Source: Convolutriloba macropyga
Lineage: Eukaryota
Assembly: GCF_964194025.1 (NCBI RefSeq)
Contig: NC_134481.1
Span: 35,092,001 to 35,156,000 of the forward strand
Direction: 5' to 3'
DNA: 64,000 nt
Shown: piece by piece, positions 60,277 to 64,000 of the stretch
Position numbering within the stretch: position 1 is the first letter of the stretch
Layout of the letters: every line of letters begins with the position of its first letter
Translations under genes and position numbers: made by a program
Notes under the pieces: model-generated
The model's database searches: none
What the model was told of the DNA's origin: nothing
Seen by the model: the letters and a program-made list of their open reading frames with translations, nothing else

Positions 60277-60690
60277 ACGCTGAACATTCTACAGCATGGC
60301 AATATGTTTTAGCCGATGTGGGGAGTAAACTGTAGTGGCTTCCTCGTGGAACGGTGTGAACAGTCCGCTGAAGACGTTTCTGAACAATATTATGTCTCCA
60401 TGAACAAAAGATCCTAATATCAGTCCTATGATTCTGTTGGCCTAGGCTGCTTTCTCTGCAATGTGTTTGTCAATTGTGAGTTGGCTGTCGGAGTTGATAC
60501 CCAAGTCCACCTTTAATCTTGTTGTCTGACTGTTCTTGTAGGTACAACAATCAAGTGACTCAAGTTTTCTGTTTCCAAGTTGTAACACATGCTTTGTCTG
60601 GATGAAAGGTAAGTTTGCCAATCATACTCTGGTCGTTCATTTTGTAAAAGTCTCGCTGCAAGACTTGGACTTCCTCATCGTTTTGATAGC
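60277..60690 (-). mobile_element. CR1-like LINE, upstream piece
   Basis: The minus strand reads DLGINSDSQLTIDKHI..KA..ANRIIGLI..SF and leads into the NVQ motif that resumes at 55626. Confidence 0.65.
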
Positions 60691-63600
60691 TTGGTAGATT
60701 TTTGTGTATAGATCAGCAGTATCAAGGACAAGAAAAATTGAACAAGATACAGTTATGATAAACCTATTAAATAGTCTTACATTGAAAACGGCAGATGAGT
60801 AGAGCAGCAGTGGAGGCTCCCGAACGCAATCACCAAGTTGTTCAAGAGGTAAGTATCACGATCCGACGATTGATGGGCACATATGCAAGCGGTTGACAAA
60901 TAATTCAAGTTACAGACATAGAAGTTGACCATTTCAGTACTGTACTTGCTTCGAGAATCAATAGCAAACCTTCCCCAAGCTTATTGCAACTACCCTTAAT
61001 TTCAAAATTTACACACGATGATTTCCTGATGCAAAGCGAGTTTGACGAAAATACAAAAGTAGAACAATTTTTTTGATTCTGTGAACGCAAAAGTTAGCTG
61101 AACTAAGAGATGATGGTCTTGTACTGAGCAAATTTATCCCGGTTTGAAAAAGAATGAATTAATAGAAATATCTATTGGCAAAATGGATACGGTCACGGAG
61201 ACTTAAAACAGTCAATATCAAAAACCCGAGATCAAATTATTTCAATGGTATCGGTAATTCAACGTCTATCTGTCAATCTGGATAATCGAGCTGTTACTAT
61301 TGTAGGCGACGCGTAGTTCCGCGAAACTCTATCAAACAGCCTACGTATTAGTGGATTTCATGAGAAAGGTGATGAAAAAGAGTCAAAACGAGTCGAAAAA
61401 AAGAGTCAAGCGCGACACTAAAGACGACAACGAATGCAATGCACACATCAATGTTCAATGCAGTATTCAAGACCAAGATGGGGTAGGGAGAAAAAGGAGA
61501 TTATTAACAGACCTATTTTTCTATTGGATGAAATAGGCCGGACAAAACGAACAATACTTGCGTCTTTGCACTTTTTAAGGAGAATACAGCAACAAAATTT
61601 ACGTTTCACTAGATTTGTCAACTGTTGAACTCGAAAAGGAAACTTGATGGCGTCGTAAACGAGAACTAATAAGTGGTGGCACTGAATGAAAGAGAATTTA
61701 TACTAACAGTTTAAATTCTCCATATACTAATAAAGACAATTGAATGCCCTAATTTTCCTTGATAGCTTGGTAGATTTTGGTGTGTAGAACTGCATTATCA
61801 AGGATAACTTAAAATAAAAAAATAAAATGTCCTCATAAACTTATTAAAGTTTTTTCATAAAAAAAGGCAGATGAAGGGAGAAGTCGTGAAGATTCACGAA
61901 CGCAACCTCCAAGTTGGTCAAAAAAATGCTCATCCAACAACTGATGGTTAACTGTGCAAGCGGTTGACGACAAGTTCAAATTACAGACGAGAAATTGATC
62001 AAAAAACTTTACACTGCTTGCATCGAGAATCAATAGCAAACCTTCAAGCTTACTCAATCAATCCAAAATTTCAAAAATTTTTAAACGATGATTCCTTTTT
62101 TCGAAATGAGTCTGCCGAAAAGAGAAAAGTTGAGCGGTATACTGAATTCTGTGACCGCAATTGTTAGTTGAACTGAAGGACGGTGCCCTTGTATCGAGCA
62201 AACCTGTACCAGTTGTAGAAAAAATGAATGATTTAATGGAAATTTTTGCTTGAAATATCGTTACGGTTGAGCACTTGAAACAGTCAATGTCGAAAAACCC
62301 AGATCAGATAATGAATAGTATGGACAATTCAACAGCCATGTGCAAATCCGGATAATCGATCTGTTCCTATCTTATACGGTGTTACTATTGTAAACTTATT
62401 AAAAAGAATGAATTAATAGAAATATCTATTGGCAAAATGGATACGGTCACGGAGACTTAAAACAGTCAATATCAAAAACCCGAGATCAAATTATTTCAAT
62501 GGTATCGGTAATTCAACGTCTATCTGTCAATCTGGATAATCGAGCTGTTACTATTGTAGGCGACGCGTAGTCCCGCGAAACTCTATCAAACAGCCTACGT
62601 ATTAGTGTATTTCATGAGCAAGGTGATGAAAATTTATCCAAACGAGTCGAAAAAAAAGAGTCAAACGACCCTCACATTTATAAGAAAAAAGATAGTGCTG
62701 ACAATATAATCAAACACGACACTAGAGAAGTCAACGAAATTAATGCACAAATCATTGTTCAATGAAATAGTCGAGATCAATATGGGCTAGGGAGAAAAAA
62801 GGAGATTATTAACAGACCTTTTTTCTATTGGATGAAATAGACCGGACAAAACGAACAATACTTGCGTCTTTGCGCTTTTTGAGGAGAATACACCGAAAAA
62901 TTTCGTTTCACTAGATTTGTCAACTGTTGAACTTGAAAAGGAAACTTTTTGATGTTGTTGTAATCGAGAACTAATAAGTGGTTGCACTGAAGCAAAGAGA
63001 ATTTATACTAACAGTTTAAATTCTCTATATACTAAAAAGACATTTGAATGCCCTCATTTTCCTTGATAGCTTGGTAGATTTTGGTGTGTAGAACTGCAGT
63101 ATCAAGGATAACTTAAAATAAAAAAAAGAAAATGTCCTCTTAAACTTATTAAAGTTTTTTCTTAAAAAAAATGCAGATGAAGGGAGCAGTCGTGGAGATT
63201 CACGAACGCAACCTCCAAGTTGGTCAAAAAAATGCTCATCCAACAACTGATGGTTAACTGTTCAAGCAGTTGACGACAAGTTCGAATTACATACCGAGAA
63301 CTGATCAAAAAATTGTACACTGCTTGCACCGAGAATCAATAGCAAACCTTCAAGCTAACTCAATCTATCAAAAATTTCAAAAATTTACACACGACGATTC
63401 TTTTTTTCAAAACGAGTCTCCGAAAAGAGAAAAATTGAACGGTATACTGGATTCTGTGAACGCAATTGTTAGTTGAACTGAAGGATGATGCCCTTGTATC
63501 AAGCAAACCTATACCAGTTGTAGAAAAAATGAATGATTTAATAGAAATATTTGCTTGAAATATGGATACGATCGAACACTTGAACCATTCAAATTTGGAA

Positions 63601-63870
63601 AACCCAGATCAAGTAATGAACAGTATGTACAATTCAATAGCCATGTGCAAATCCGGATAATCGATCTGTTACTATCGTATATGATGTTACCATTTTAAAC
63701 TTATTAAAAAGTTTTCTTTGAAAGTGGCAGATGAAAGGAGCAGCCGTGGAGGCTCAAGAACGCGAAGTCAATAGTCAAGAAAACCTATCCAACAAATAAT
63801 GGGCAACCTTGCAAGTGGTTGACCACAAATTCAAATTACAGACTAAGAAAGTGATCAAAAGACAGTACAC
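60660..63870. repeat. Diverged long-period tandem repeat (about 1.1-1.3 kb units, 2.5-3 copies)
   Basis: TTGATAGCTTGGTAGATTTT recurs near 60683, 61759 and 63063. AAAAAGAATGAATTAATAGAAATATCTATTGGC occurs at 61147 and 62401. Confidence 0.88.
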
Positions 63871-64000
63871 TTGCAAATTTTCTCCATTTGCGGTCGACCT
63901 TCACTTCAACCGTATCGCATTCATTGCCAATCAGTTTGCTCTTTTTGTTTTTTTTTTCATGTTACCTTGAAGTTTGTTAGCAAATACAACTTTAATAATT

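Overview
This is AT-rich eukaryotic (metazoan-type) DNA in three zones. (1) 1-10863 is the right-hand part of an endogenous Polinton/Maverick (adintovirus-like) element. It carries a near-complete virion module (packaging ATPase, penton, pVII-like core protein, double-jelly-roll major capsid, frameshifted adenain protease), a retroviral-type integrase and several accessory genes (PLA2-like, DEDD-like, PC4-like). It ends in 101-bp subterminal tandem repeats and an ...ACTATACTACT terminus. Bases 1-660 recur at 9006-9665, so the whole 9005-bp gene block appears tandemly duplicated, and no protein-primed DNA polymerase lies inside that block. (2) 12760-52956 (minus strand) is a complete 7-exon SLC26/SulP anion transporter gene. 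I reconstructed it with GT-AG junctions and consistent phases (2100 nt, 699 aa). Its introns are packed with co-oriented Helentron-associated (HINE/DINE-1-like) non-autonomous elements, a MULE-type MITE, tRNA-like SINE heads and local segmental duplications. (3) 53700-64000 holds decayed non-LTR retrotransposons, including a nested CR1 > RTE-X > two younger LINEs stack, and a ~1.1-1.3 kb-period tandem repeat. Three independent junctions show iterative templated-insertion filler. All family assignments come from motif recognition by eye, not from database searches.
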